64,000 nucleotides of DNA from Macrostomum lignano. Lineage: Eukaryota. The notes beneath the pieces are model-generated. The model saw only the letters and a program-made list of their open reading frames with translations, did not search any database and had not been told where the DNA came from. The position numbers and the translations under genes were made by a program. The stretch spans positions 171,213 through 235,212 of the forward strand of contig NIVC01001441.1 of the NCBI GenBank assembly GCA_002269645.1, in the 5' to 3' direction. Below, in pieces: positions 12,561-25,960 of the stretch. Each line of letters begins with the position of its first letter. Position 1 is the stretch's first letter.

Positions 12561-14373
12561 GCAACCTCAGTTTTATGGCTAGTAGCTATTTTTAGTTGTA
12601 GCACTTGTGCCAGCATCTTGAACATTAGTATTAAAAAAGAATCAATACTTCAGATATTTTCGGAACTTTCAGACGTGTTTATAAAGTGAGAATTTCGTAA
12701 ATGTTTGGTTCAAAGGTGTTTTTCACGGGTTTCACAATTCACGGGTTGTATTTGGTTCAAATACAACCCTTGAATTGTTTTGATTAATACAAACTTAACG
12801 ATGGTTTTCACAGTTTAATTCATATCTGCTTGCTAAGCCTGCACATGGCTGCAGTCTGTGCTAACCAGTGCTGGACCTGCCACCTTTATTTGTACTTTTA
12901 TTGCACCCTGCATGATTAGCTTTGAAATAGCTTTTCAATCCTCAGCCGCTCGCCGCAAATCTGCTTGCATGCTACTGTGAATAGTAATATGAAATATTTA
13001 TTGTATATGCATAGGCCTGTTTGTATCTGAGTATTATTATTCAGCTATTTACATTTGTGAATTTTATATAATTACTATATTCTTAATAATAAACTAAAAT
13101 AAAGCAGATAAAAGAGCCACTTTGCTATGCTGCCAACCAGAGAAAAATGCCACCCGGTTCGGCTTTGATCCTCATTTTCTTGCTGTTTGGTCATAACCAT
13201 GGAGTCTGTCCTGCCGTCCCTCGGGGGGGGGCGAGATTAATAAAATATAAGGTTTGCATAAGCGTTCGGGCGCGTTTTGGCTACTATCAGTAGCACAATT
13301 TTTTAATTCAGAGAGAAATTGCTATATCAAGCCCGTATTTTATTTGTTTAGTAAAAAAACAGACAGGTATGCAGTTCGTAGGAGTTATAGAAATTGCAGC
13401 TTGAGTACATTCGGGGAAAGGGGAGACATGCATCTGTACATTCCGTGTATATGCTAATATTAAATAAAGTACAGCATGCAACTTCTGTAGAGAATTCTCC
13501 TATTTTTCCATCTAAAGTTGTCATGACAAAGTTATTGGAAAGAGAAAATTACAGAAAAATAGAAAACTGATATGCGACTATAGAGCGTAAAAGTATCAAT
13601 CCGAGAAGTGTAAAGCCGGCAGATAGACTTGTGTATGTAGGTTGAATATTGGAATGCATGGCGAACGCTATATGTACAGTTGGACAAAAACTACTGTCGA
13701 AATGGAATGAATATTAACAACGGAGACTCCACAGATACAGGCAGTTAAAATTATATTGATAATCAACGAATCCAAATACATAATATTAAGTGCAACATCA
13801 CTACTGTTTACTGCCCTGCCGAAATTTAAACAACCAAACCAGTTGAATGTACATGTAGGTCATCACTCAAGCAATTTAAGTATCTCACTTCAGTACAAAA
13901 ATCGGTCTGATTAGAAGCAGCTGTCACGTGACTGCCCCTGCGCTATTATATAGCAATCGACTGAATGCATGCGTGTTGTTGCCAGTAGTAACGACCGGGT
14001 GATTCCCAAGGTCACCCTCTCTCCTGCTTCTGGCTAGGCTAAGGAATGTACATTATCGATATCTACGTGTATCGGGCTATCCCGAGTGTACATTGATAAG
14101 AATGATTAATCTATTTAGCCAGCCCACTCTCTAATTGCCTTCCCACCAGAAGAACACCCACTATAATACATCGCCCGTTGAGGGGTATCCCGATAAAAGC
14201 ACCACTGGACGGCGGGCTGTCTTAATTAAGGCGTTTTTATTGGGAGACTCGACAAAAATTACCGCCAAAATTTAGGTTAGGCCAGGGTTAGGTCGTCGCC
14301 AGGGTTACCGCTGTGGCATGGCTACTAAGCACTTGGACACAATCTAAGGTACTTTTCAGCAATCTCAGATGAG

Positions 14374-17300
14374 TCAAGCCTTAGCCTTCGCGCCGGCCAC
14401 GATATCAAAGTCCAGCAGCTTGCAGAAGCGGCCCTCCCTGTCGCCAGCTGGCTGCCCGTACACGGCTAGGCTGACGGCGGCGTCGGCGGCCCGGCGGCGG
14501 CGAGTCGCAGCCGCTTGGACCACTGCTCGCTTCCGTTGGCGCCGCGGCGCCGGCGCATGTCAAACCAGGCGGCGCCGTCGTTCAGCACCAGCGACAGCGC
14601 CCGGAATCCGGGCGCCTCGAGGCGGAACGCGTGAGTCCGACCGGCTGGCAGGCGCTGGGCGAGCGGCTCCACCAGGCGGCAGCCGCAGAACAGGCTGGTC
14701 TGCAGCGGGAACGGCTCTGGCGGCGGTGCGGACGGCGGCGACTCCGAGGCCAGCAGGACGCAGCGATAGACGCAGGACAGCTCGGGGTCGGCTTGGCGGC
14801 CCGCGTACACCTGGAGACAGCGGCCGCGTAACTTTGAATGCATGACTCGTTTGGGATTGAATGTGACTCATTAACAACGAGTGTGACTCATTCACAACGA
14901 GTGTGACTCATCACAACGAGTGTGACTCATTCACAACGAGTGTGACTCATCACAACGAGTGTGACTCATCACAACGAGTGTGACTCATTCAATGGCAAGT
15001 GTGACTCATTAAATGGCGAGTGTGACTCATTCAATGGCGAGTGTGACTCATTCACAGGGACACAGGGACGAGTGTGACTCATTCACAGGGACACAGGGAC
15101 GAGTGTGACTCATTCACAGGGACACAGGGACGAGTGTGACTCATTCACAGAGACGAGCGTGACTCATTCACAGAGACGAGTGTGACTCATTCACAGAGAC
15201 GAGCGTGACTCATTCACAGAGACGAGTGTGACTCATTCACATAGACGAGTGTGACTCATTCACAGAGACGAGTGTGACTCATTCACAGAGACGAGTGTGA
15301 CTCATTCACAGAGACGAGTGTGACTCATTCAATTTAAGCGTGAATCTTTGAGCCAATTAAAAAACATCTGTTAGTGATTCATCCAACGGCACTTAGCGGT
15401 CACTCACCGACAGCAGGCAGGCGGCAGCGCCCGAGCCCCCGGTCTGCGGACAGGCCAGCCAGTACTCGCGCCCGCCCTGCAGCAGCGCGAAGGAGTCGCA
15501 TCTCTCCGCCGCGCCAGGCGCGTATCTGGTCAGGGTGTGCGCGATGCGGAGGCCGGTGCCGGCTTCGGCGGGCGCCAGCAGCGTCAGCGGCAGTCGCTGG
15601 TGGGGCGGCTCGCCACCCGGCTGATGCCGCAGCAGGGGGTCCGCGCCGGGAAACCCGACGCCGAGGCGGGCGGCGGCGGGCGTCTCGCCGATGGGCTGAC
15701 TGGCGGGGTCCGGCGGGAACGGCGACGCTGGGGTGCGACGGGTCGACGGCTGCTGGGCGCAATTCACCAGCAGAGTGGCGGCGAGCAGCTGTTGCTGCTT
15801 CTCCTGGGGGCAAACAAATTTTAATAGAAATTGGAATGCCGCTTTTTAGGAAAAGCCTTCTGTGGGTGGCTCTTCGACTCTCATTCGCATGACTCTCATT
15901 TCTCATTCGCATGACTCTTATTTCTCATTCTCATGACTCTTATTTCTCATTCTCATGACTCTCATTTCTCATTCTCATGATCTCATTTCTCATTCTCATG
16001 ATCTCATTTCTCATTCTCATGACTCTCATTTCTCATTCTCATGATTCTCATTTCTTATTCTCATGACTCTCATTTCTCATTCTCATGACTCTTATTTCTC
16101 ATTCTCATGACTCTCATTTCTCATTCTCATGATTCTCATTTCTCATTCTCACGACTCTCATTTCTCATTCTCATGATTCTCATTTCTTATTCTCATGACT
16201 CTCATTTCTCATTCTCATGATTCTCATTTCTTATTCTCATGACTCTCATTTCTCATTCTCATGACTCTCATTTCTCATTCTCATGACTCTTATTTCTCAT
16301 TCGCATGACTCTTATTTCTTATTCGCATGACTCTCATTTCTCATTCTCATGACTCTCATTTCTCATTCGCATGACTCTCATTTCTCATTCTCATGACTCT
16401 TATTTCTTATTCTCATGATTCTCATTTCTCATTCTCATGACTCTCATTTCTCATTCTCATGATTCTCATTTCTTATTCTCATGACTCTCATTTCTCATTC
16501 TCATGACTCTTATTTCTCATTCTCATGACTCTCATTTCTCATTCTCATGATTCTCATTTCTCATTCTCACGACTTTCATTTCTCATTCTCATGATTCTCA
16601 TTTCTTATTCTCATGACTCTCATTTCTCATTCTCATGACTCTCATTTCTCATTCTCATGACTCTTATTTCTCATTCGCATGACTCTTATTTCTTATTCGC
16701 ATGACTCTCATTTCTCATTCTCATGACTCTCATTTCTCATTCGCATGACTCTCATTTCTCATTCTCATGACTCTTATTTCTTATTCTCATGACTCTCATT
16801 TCTCATTCTCATGACTCTTATTTCTCATTCTCATGATTCTCATTCCTCATTCTCATGACTCTTATTTCTCATTCGCATGACTCTCATTTTTCATTCTCAT
16901 GACTCTCATTTCTTATTCGCATGACTCTTATTTCTCATTCTCATGACTCTTATTTCTTATTCTCATGACTCTCATTTCTCATTCTCATGACTCTCATTTC
17001 TCAATCTCATTATTCTAATTCCTCTTATTTCTCATTCTCATGATTCTCATTTCTCGTTCTCATGATTCTCATTTTTTGTTCTCATGACTCTTATTCTCCT
17101 GATTCTTATTCTCATGATTCCTATTCTCATAATTCTCATTCTCATGATTCTCATTTCTCAATCTCATTATTCTAATTTCTCACTCTCATGATTCTCACTT
17201 ATCATTCTCCCGATTCTCATATCCTTATAAAATTTCGCATCCCCACAATTGCATTCTCGCTCTCGCTCACCCTCTGGCCGACAAACAGGCTCAGCAAGAA

Positions 17301-20300
17301 CCGCCCGGCCCTGGGCGGTCGCGCCATCAGTCGCAGGGTAGGCGCCACACCGCCGCCCCCGCCGCCCAGCAGGCAGGCCACGGCACCGCCTGACAGCGGC
17401 GTCTCCGGCGCCTCCCAGGCCGTCAGCTGACAGGCCGCCCGGAGGCCATCGGCGGCTCCGACGGGCAACGAGACGACGGCGCTGGCCAGCCCGTGTCGGC
17501 GTCGGCCTCCAGCCGGTCGGAGCGCCAGTCCAGCAGCCGCAGTCCCGCGTTAAAAAACGGCGACCTGAGCAGCGGCATCCGGACGAACGCCGCCATGGCG
17601 ACGGGGTCGCGCAGCAGCTGCCAGCGCTTGTCGTCAGGCAGGTGCAGGTGCAGGTGCTGCCACGGGTCCGTTAGGAAGAAAAACTCGTCCGGACCGGCGG
17701 GGGTGGCGGCTGGGGCGGCGGCTCCAGCGGCGGCCCGCCTTGGCCAGGCGCCCCAGGCTACGTTGACAAACCGCCAGGCTCCGTCCAGGTGCACAGCAGT
17801 CCAGGTGTTGCGAAATCTGGACCCGGCAGCGGCAGCCGGATTGGCGCCAGGCAGGTAGCTGGCGCCCTTGGAGTAGCCGGCGATGAGCTGGCAGTGCAGG
17901 CCGGCGCGGCTGCACAGCAGGGCGAACAGCTCGTGCGGGCAGGCGGCCCCGCGGCCGAGCCGGCGCAGCCAGCCCACCAGCGTGGACGCCGGCGCCCGGC
18001 TGTCGTAGAGCACAGGCCGGCCGAAGCTGTCGGCCGAGTGGCAGGTGAGATAGACGAACAGCGCCCGGCAGCGCTCCGTCTCGGTGCGGCAAGGCGAGCA
18101 GAGGCGGCCAACGAGGCCGGAGAAGCTGCCCAGAGTCGGCGGCGATTTGTCGATGAAGTCCTGCACCCGAGTGTCCACGTGGCGCCAGGCGGAGGCGCCG
18201 GCGGAGGAGAGTTTCGCCGGCAGCGGCGTTGGCGGCTCCGGCTCCGGGGCCGGGCCGGATATGGTATAAGGCAGCGCCACCTCTGGCTCGCTGGCGTCCC
18301 ACATGATCTGGCGAGCCTGCGGGGAGGCCCAGCAAGTTGCGCATGCTACTACTGTCAGTAGGCTACAGAAAAGTTGTGAGTTTTATTGTCCATGAGGCGG
18401 GCCAATGAAATCTCTCTTCTCTTTCTCACTCCCTTCTTTACTCTCCATCGCTCCATTTTCACCTTCTTTCCCACTCACCCACAGCTTCCGCTCAGATTCT
18501 CTCTCAATCCCTGTCTCTCCATCCCCTGTCTCCCCATCCCCTGTCTCCCCATCCCCTGTCTCTCCATCCCCTGTCTCCCCATCCCCTGGCTCCCCATCCC
18601 CTGTCTCCCCATCCCCTGTCTCCCCATCCCCTGTCTCCCCATCCCCTGTCTACCCATCCCCTGGCTCTCCATCCCCTGTCTCCCCATCCCCTGGCTCTCC
18701 ATCCCCTGTCTCCCCATCCCCTGGCTCCCCATCCCCTGTCTCCCCGTCCCCTGGCTCCCATCCCCTGTCTCCCCATCCCCTGTCTACCCATCCCCTGTCT
18801 CCCCATCCCCTGGCTCCCCATCCCCTGTCTACCCATCCCCTGTCTCTCCATCCCCTGTCTGCCCATCCCCTGGCTCCCCATCCCCTTTCTACCCATCCCC
18901 TGGCTCTCCATCCCCTGTCTGCCAATCCCCTGGCTCCCATCCCCTGTCTCCCCATCCCCTGTCTACCCATCCCCTGGCTCTCCATCCCCTGTCTACCCAT
19001 CCCCTGGCTCTCCATCCCCTGTCTGCCCATCCCCTGGCTCCCATCCCCTGTCTCCCCGTCCCCTGGCTTCCCATTCTCAGTCTCCCCAATGCAACAGCCG
19101 TTCAATCCCCACCTGCTCCATAGCGACGCCACCGGGAGCGTCCCTGACAACGGCCAACGAGTTGTCGTCAATCCGACGACCGTCATTGTTAACCAGCGGC
19201 ACTGGCAGGTACACAATGCCCGGCTCCAACTGCAGCCTCTCTACCTCATCATCATCAACGTCTGCGTCCAGATTGACCGACCGTCGAAGGGAGGCGACAG
19301 GAGTGGCGGCGGTGGCGCGTCCCCAGGCCGGCAGCCGCTGCTCGGCAACCACGCCGCCCCCGATGACGTCGGCGTAGCGCGACATGAGCCGGGCGTACTT
19401 GGCCGGGTCGTGCTTGGCCAGGGCGCGCATCAGGCGGCCGATCTTCTCGTCGCGACGCCGTCGAAGATAGCGCTCCAGCATGCCGGCCAGCTCGTCCGTG
19501 TCCCTGGCGGCCAGGTGCAGCGAGGCGGAGCTGCCAGCCGGCCCGAGCATCGGCGACACCGAGCCGACAACCGACGAGCTGCTGCTTTGAGCGGACGACG
19601 CGGCGACGCGCAGGTGGTCGAGGCTGCGGGCGCGAGCCAGGCTAGCCAGGTTGGCGTACTGGCTCTCCTGGCGCCGCGAGTCCCAGCCGGCCGCCGCGCT
19701 GTCGTCGCCATCCTCCTCGAAGCCGGTGAGGTCGGCCGACCGGGTCTGCTGCTGGCGCACCGCCCGAGCCAGCGAGCTGCCGCGCGACGCCGCCGCGACA
19801 GCGGCCGGATGCCGGCGATGGCTGCCGGACTGCTGCCGGCTCTGCCTGCGGTAGGTGGCGCTGGAGTTGGCGCGGGAGGAGTCGCTCTCGTACGACATGT
19901 TGAGGTAGATGGGAGCCTGCTGCCGCTGCCGGCTGTTGTAGCGGCGGCCGTTCGAGGCGGCTTCGCTTTCAACTTCGTCGTCAAAGTCCAGCGAGACGGA
20001 GGCCGATGCGGATGCCGGCTCGTCCGATTCGCCGCGATGACGACTCCGTCGGTGCCTTCGGTAGACATCTGCGGCGTGGTCGGCGTCAGGGCCTTGAGGG
20101 AAGTCGGCGACCTGGGCGGAAATCACAGTTGAATTCGATTTTTCGAAGGCACGCTCTCATACACAGGCAGGTGAGAATACACCCAGGATATACAGGTGAG
20201 AATAGATGCAGGGTATACAGGTGAGAATAGATGCAGGGTATACAGGTGAGAATAGATGCAGGATATACAGGTGAGAATAGATGCAGGATATACAGGTGAG

Positions 20301-23029
20301 AATAGATGCAGGATATACAGGTGAGAATAGATGCAGGATATACAGGTGAGAATAGATGCAGGATATACAGGTGAGAATAGATGCAGGATATACAGAAGAG
20401 AATAGATGCAGGATATACAGAAGAGAATAGATGCAGGATATACAGGTGAGAATAGATGCAGGGTATACAGGTGAGAATAGATGCAGGATATACAGAAGAG
20501 AATAGATGCAGGATATACAGGTGAGAATAGATGCAGGGTATACAGGTGAGAATAGATTCTGGGTATACAGGTGAGAATAGATGCAGGGTATACAGGTGAG
20601 AATAGATTCAGGATATACAGAAGAGAATAGATGCAGGATATACAGAAGAGAATAGATGCAGGATATACAGGTGAGAATAGATGCAGGATACACAGGTGAG
20701 AATAGATGCAGGATATACAGGTGAGAATAGATGCAGGATATACAGATGAGACACGCAGCATCAAACTGACCTTGCCAGGCGAGTGGCGCACCCGGCTCGA
20801 GTCCGGGGTTGCGGACCTGTGGCGCCGCGGTTCAGCCGGTGGCGCCAGCTGGGATGACGCAATCAGCGGATCAGCGGAAGCGTGCCGGGATCGGCGAGAC
20901 TCGGCGGGATTCTGCGAATTTTTGAAAATATGCAATAATTTAGTTGATAGTTGCAACTGACAAACGAGACCCGATCGCCCCCTAGCAACAAATCCTGCAA
21001 GCAGAGCCATACAAATAAGCACGCAACCGCGCAATTAGAATGCAGGAATGCTGTTAAAAAAACTGCGCAGCGCTTTCTGGCTGACTGACGAAGGCCTTCC
21101 CTTCATAATGAATAGCTATTGAACCCGTGCTTCACTTGACAGGAATTCTTTACTGCAATATGTTTAATAAGGCAGTTGGGCTCTGCGCAAACATTATGCA
21201 AAAATGCTATTTAAAAACTAAAAATGCGGTTTCAATACAATTGGCAGAAAAAGTAGGTGGAGAGAATCAGAAAGAGAGCAGGGAGAGTCAGAAAGAGAGC
21301 AAGGAGAGTCCAGAAAAAGAGAGCAAGGAGAGTCAGAAAGAGGGCGAGGAGAGTCAGAAAGAGAGCAAGGAGAGTCAGAAAGAGGGCGAGGAGAGTCAGA
21401 AAGAGAGCAAGGAGAGTCAGAAAGAGAGCGAGGAGAGTCAGAAAGAGGGCGAGGAGAGTCAGAAAGAGAGCGAGGAGAGTCAGAAAGAGGGCGAGGAGAG
21501 TCAGAAAGAGAGCGAGGAGAGTCAGAAAGAGAGCGAGGAGAGTCAGAAAGAGGGCGAGGAGAGTCAGAAAGAGAGCGAGGAGAGTCAGAAAGAGAGCAAG
21601 GAGAGTCAGAAACAGAGCGAGGAGAGTCAGAAAGAGAGCGAGGAGAGTCAGAAAGAGAGCGAGGAGAGTCAGAAAAAGAGAGCAAGGAGAGTCAGAAAAA
21701 GAGAGCAAGGAGAGTCCAGAAAAAGGGCGAGGAGAGTCAGAAAGAGAGCGAGGAGAGTCAGAAACAGAGCGAGGAGAGTCAGAAAGAGAGCGAGGAGAGT
21801 CAGAAACAGAGCGAGGAGAGTCAGAAAGAGAGCGAGGAGAGTCAGAAACAGAGCGAGGAGAGTCAGAAACAGAGCGAGGAGAGTCAGAAAAAGAGAGCAA
21901 GGAGAGTCAGAAAAAGAGAGCAAGGAGAGTCCAGAAAAAGGGCGAGGAGAGTCAGAAAGAGAGCAAGGAGAGTCAGAAACAGAGCGAGGAGAGTCAGAAA
22001 GAGAGCAAGGAGAGTCAGAAAGAGAGCGAGGAGAGTCAGAAAGAGAGCGAGGAGAGTCAGAAAGAGAGCGAGGAGAGTCACAAAAAGAGAGCGAGGAGAG
22101 TCAGAAAAAGAGAGCAAGGAGAACCAGAAAGAGAGCAAAGAGTCAGAATTTCAGAAAAAATAGTATTTAAATGAGATAGAAAAGAGCGCCCTGAGCAACT
22201 TACCCGATTCTTGGATCCCCGCTGGCGCTGCTCCTGCAGCTGCCCAGGCACCGCGCCGGCGCCACGCCAAGCCTCCGCGCCAGTGGGCAAAGGAGGCGCC
22301 AGATTGGCGTAGATCGGCGACTCCGGGCGGCGCGACTTGCGCTGCTGCCTGGCTGCCGACTCCGCCGGCTCAACAGAAGATGCGTAGGAGCGAAATGGCA
22401 CGGCTGCTTTGGACTTTTTCTTCTTCTTGCGGCTGCTGCTGCTACTAGAAGAGCTGGAGCTGCTGCTGCTGCTGCTAGAGGAGCTGCTGCTGCTGCTGCT
22501 GGAAGACTTTTTTCTCTGTTTCTTTCTAGAAGCAGCAACTGGCTCCGTTTGAACCTGAGCGTCGCCCAGAGACTCGTTGCCGACAGAATAGCCATCATCA
22601 CCTTGATTGTCACCGGCTGCCGCGGCGGCCGTCATTGACAGAGTCTTGCTGGTCATGCGGCCGATGGTGCTGTCGATGCAGCCGAGATCTTCGTCAACAT
22701 TGCTGATCACCCGGTCCATGGAGATCAGCTCGCGGACCACATCGTCAGCGTGCTGCTTGCGGTTGGCGCTCTCTGGATCTGCTTGCGGCTGAGGCTCCGG
22801 CTGGGAGGCCGCCGCTCTGCCGCTGCCGCGCGGCTTCCGCGCCGCCGCCCGGCGGGCCGGCCGATCAGGCGGGCGAGCTGGCTGCGACAGCGGCGGAGTC
22901 GGCGGCGGAGGCGAGGGAGACGACGACAATTGCGGAGTTGGCGGTCGCGGACTTCGAATTCGCGGCGACGGTTGCGGCCGAGGCGGAGCAAGCTGCGGTT
23001 CGGGCTGATAATACTGTTGCTGCTGTTGT

Positions 23030-23061
<32 letters not shown>

Positions 23062-23868
23062 CTGTTGCTGCTGCTTCTGCTGTTGCTTCTGCTGTTGCTG
23101 TTGTTGTTGATGGTGTTGTTTTTGTTTTTGTTGTTGTTGTTGTTGTTGTTGTTGAAGCTGCTGCTGCTGTTGTTGCGGCTGCTCCGGTGGTGGAGGCGAG
23201 CGAAGTCTCGATCGGCGGTGCACCGGCTCTGCAACCGACGCAGCTGTCACCACCGTCGAGTTGGCGTACTCGGAGGGACCGGCGGCAACGTCCGCAGCGG
23301 TTTTGACGGGGCTGACGCGATCGTCTGCAGCGGCGACTGCGGCCGGCGGGTACCGGACGCCGCCTCCGCCGCCGACGCCCATCCTGCCGACAACCTGCTG
23401 GCGCGGGCGGCTGTTTTTGGCCTCAGCGGAACTTGCAGGAGGGCCGCTCACCGGGCCGAGGTACGTGGCGAACGGGAACATCGGCTCGAGCTTTTGCGCC
23501 TGCGGCGGAGCCGGCTGCTGCTTCTCGGGCGATGGCGACTCCAGAAAGTGAACTGAATGATGAGACGGCGGCTGCGGTGACTGCTGCTGCTCAGGTGACT
23601 CAGCCGCTTGCGGCAGGGAAGCGACCAACGAGGGAACGCCTGGCTGAGCCTTCAGCGCGGGTTTCAAAGGATTCACGATGGACACGGGCCGCCCGGGCTG
23701 ACTGGCGGTCTTGGCGGCGGCGGTAGGGCGGCGCAGTTGCTGCGCTGAGGCCTGATGCAGAGAGCCGTTCTGCTGAGGTGCGTTAAACTTGTCCTGCAGC
23801 TGGCGAAGCCGGCGATTGCGATCGGCAGCGCTGCCGAATAGAGATGAAGACTGCCGACTGGATGACAT
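14374..23868 (-). CDS. Hillarin/KY-like transglutaminase-fold protein with long low-complexity N-terminus (about 1560 aa if two -1 frameshifts are corrected)
   Basis: Exons (minus) 23868-22204, 20911-20771, 20111-19113, 18316-17271, 15803-15408, 14810-14374, all phase-0 GT-AG introns. Motifs HELFALLCSRAGLHCQLIAGYSKG, RFRNTWTAVHLDGAWRFVNVAWG, DEFFFLTDP and WQLLRDP..F..MPLLRSPFF match the Hillarin family. Frame breaks at about 17489 and 14490. The donor at 19112 and the start codon are less certain. Confidence 0.8.
14860..15330. repeat. 21-31-bp minisatellite containing TGACTCA, last intron of Hillarin-like gene
   Basis: Unit GACGAGTGTGACTCATTCACAGA (23 bp) with variants. Confidence 0.95.
15885..17215. 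repeat. 22-bp minisatellite, Hillarin-like intron
   Basis: Unit CATGACTCTCATTTCTCATTCT. Confidence 0.95.
18505..19080. repeat. 15-bp minisatellite, Hillarin-like intron
   Basis: Unit CCATCCCCTGTCTCC. Confidence 0.95.
20160..20745. repeat. 25-bp minisatellite, Hillarin-like intron
   Basis: Unit GATATACAGGTGAGAATAGATGCAG. Confidence 0.95.
21260..22140. repeat. 21-bp minisatellite, Hillarin-like intron 1
   Basis: Unit GAGGAGAGTCAGAAAGAGAGC. Confidence 0.95.
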
Positions 23869-25960
23869 GGCAGGCAGTCTGGCCTTCGTATCGTTTGTAC
23901 AGAACTAATCTGGTGGAGATCAATATTCAAATATTATACAGGTGGTTTGAGGCAATCGTCACAACATTTGCAACTCAGGGCTGAAATGGAATTGGCTGAG
24001 AGAGTAAATATTTGTAAAATGCTTTGTTGCACAACTTGGGGGTGATAGGAAAAGATACAAGATCAATTAATATTCTGGAAAATAATTCTTGAAAAACTAT
24101 AAAGTTATGCTTAATAATTTGTTTAATAATTTTGGGCTTTGAGATACCAACTAGTAAGTTTAATAATATATAATAAATATATATTTAGTATCATTTAAAT
24201 ATATAATTGGACTTGCAATAGTAAACTTATTTATTGCTAATATTCTATTTTTCTGGCTTTGAGAGCCCTTTTTTTATTCTTTTTTAAATAAGGATATTGA
24301 AATGAAGGTTGTCATTAATTGCTAAAATATTTTCCCAAGCAGCCATTACTTTTCATACATATTAAAATCACAATATAGAAGATACATAGCTAATGCAATG
24401 AAAAGATAGAGTCATTATTCTAGAGGATAGTATTATGTATATCTTCTGCTATAAATTAGGACTTGACCAAATGCATAAAGTATTATCCCTTGTATCCCCC
24501 ATGATAGAATTATCTTATTTATAAAATTTACTGCTTAGTTAAAATTTTCTGAAATCGATCACGTACCTGGATACCTAGATAGATAGATATATACCTACCG
24601 ACAGACCATTTTTAGTATACAAAATGTTAACGTTCGTACAATGCTATACTATCTATGTTGTCATGCTGTATGATGTATCTTTTTAAATACAATTCAGTTG
24701 CTACTCCAGTACTTTCCGCATGATACAGCTGCATAAAGTAAAAATCTGCGTTTTTAGTAAAAAAGCAGCTGTTGAAGTCTGCTGGGTTGAGATAGGTGTA
24801 GAAACAAAACATGCCCTCAAAAGAAAACATGGTACACGGAAGCATTTAGTTATTTCTCTGAATGACATTGGTAATCAAATTTTCGGTTATTTATCGCGCG
24901 TTTTTTGCATCGTACATAAAAATACTGAGGAAAAATCGTGTATCATTAACTAATATATAAATAGAAGCGTAAAATTTAAAACAATAATATCGTTTCAATA
25001 AGAAAAGAAATTAGCGCTCAGCGATTTTGTTTTACTTTAAACAACTTTTAAAACCAATCGCGTAAATTAAAAATCTGGTCCGCTTTTAAGTCATATAATT
25101 TGCAGAATATGTGCCTTGAGAATGAGAATATTAAAAGCCTGAGACTAAAAAATATTTTTTGTATCTATTTAAAACTGTATATAGATGTCCTTTCAGTGGA
25201 AAAATCAATGCTTCCAAAGTGTTCTTAGTTTGCGCTATTTTCAAATTACGAGCGTATCTTATTGAATTGAGTTGTTGTATTGGACCGGCCTTTTCAATTT
25301 ATGGACCTTTTCATCGTTCAAATCAACTGAAAACCAAAAATCAAACAAATTCCGTGCCATCCGTTGTACGCGAATGCAGTGCATGTTTATTGTTTCCTTT
25401 GAATCAATTACGAAAGGATGGAATTAAATTTGGCTATGTAAATTACACTGGGCAAGAAAAAACACGTAGAAACCTTACAGAATTAAATTTGAATGAAAAG
25501 ATGAACTACTACGCAATACGCATGATACTCAACTTATAAGTGTTAACTATTATAAGTGTACAGTTACTACGTAAGTGATCACGCCCACCGAGTAGGAATG
25601 CAGTAAAGCTACTGAGATCAACATTATCTGCCATGCTTGGACATAATGTCACGTGTACAAGTAAATTGCCGCAATTCCCGGACAGTAATCCAATAGAACG
25701 TTGAAGACGTCAGCAGACGCGTCTGACTTCCAGAGGCGCTGATTCCAAATGGTGTTCCACAATTAGGGATTCCACCTTATGAGCTTAAGTTTACATATAG
25801 TCCCTAATTGTCCCCTTTGCTTGTTCTCTCCTATCCCAGGTCCAATTTTTGTAGCTTTTTGCCAAATCCAGCTTCCTAGTGTCACTGTGAGCAGAATGAC
25901 GTACATTTAAATTAGAGTTTTTTCTGCTAGTTCCTGTTTGAACTTTCCTTATCCAACAAA

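Noticed and set aside
18386-22174. Plus-strand ORFs of 245-575 aa (PSPVS, ESQKES, RARRVRK repeats)
   Set aside because: They arise from intronic minisatellites and antisense GC-rich exons of the Hillarin-like gene.
24600-24960. Search for an upstream LIM-domain exon of the Hillarin-like gene
   Set aside because: No CxxC...HxxC pattern in the minus-strand frames inspected.
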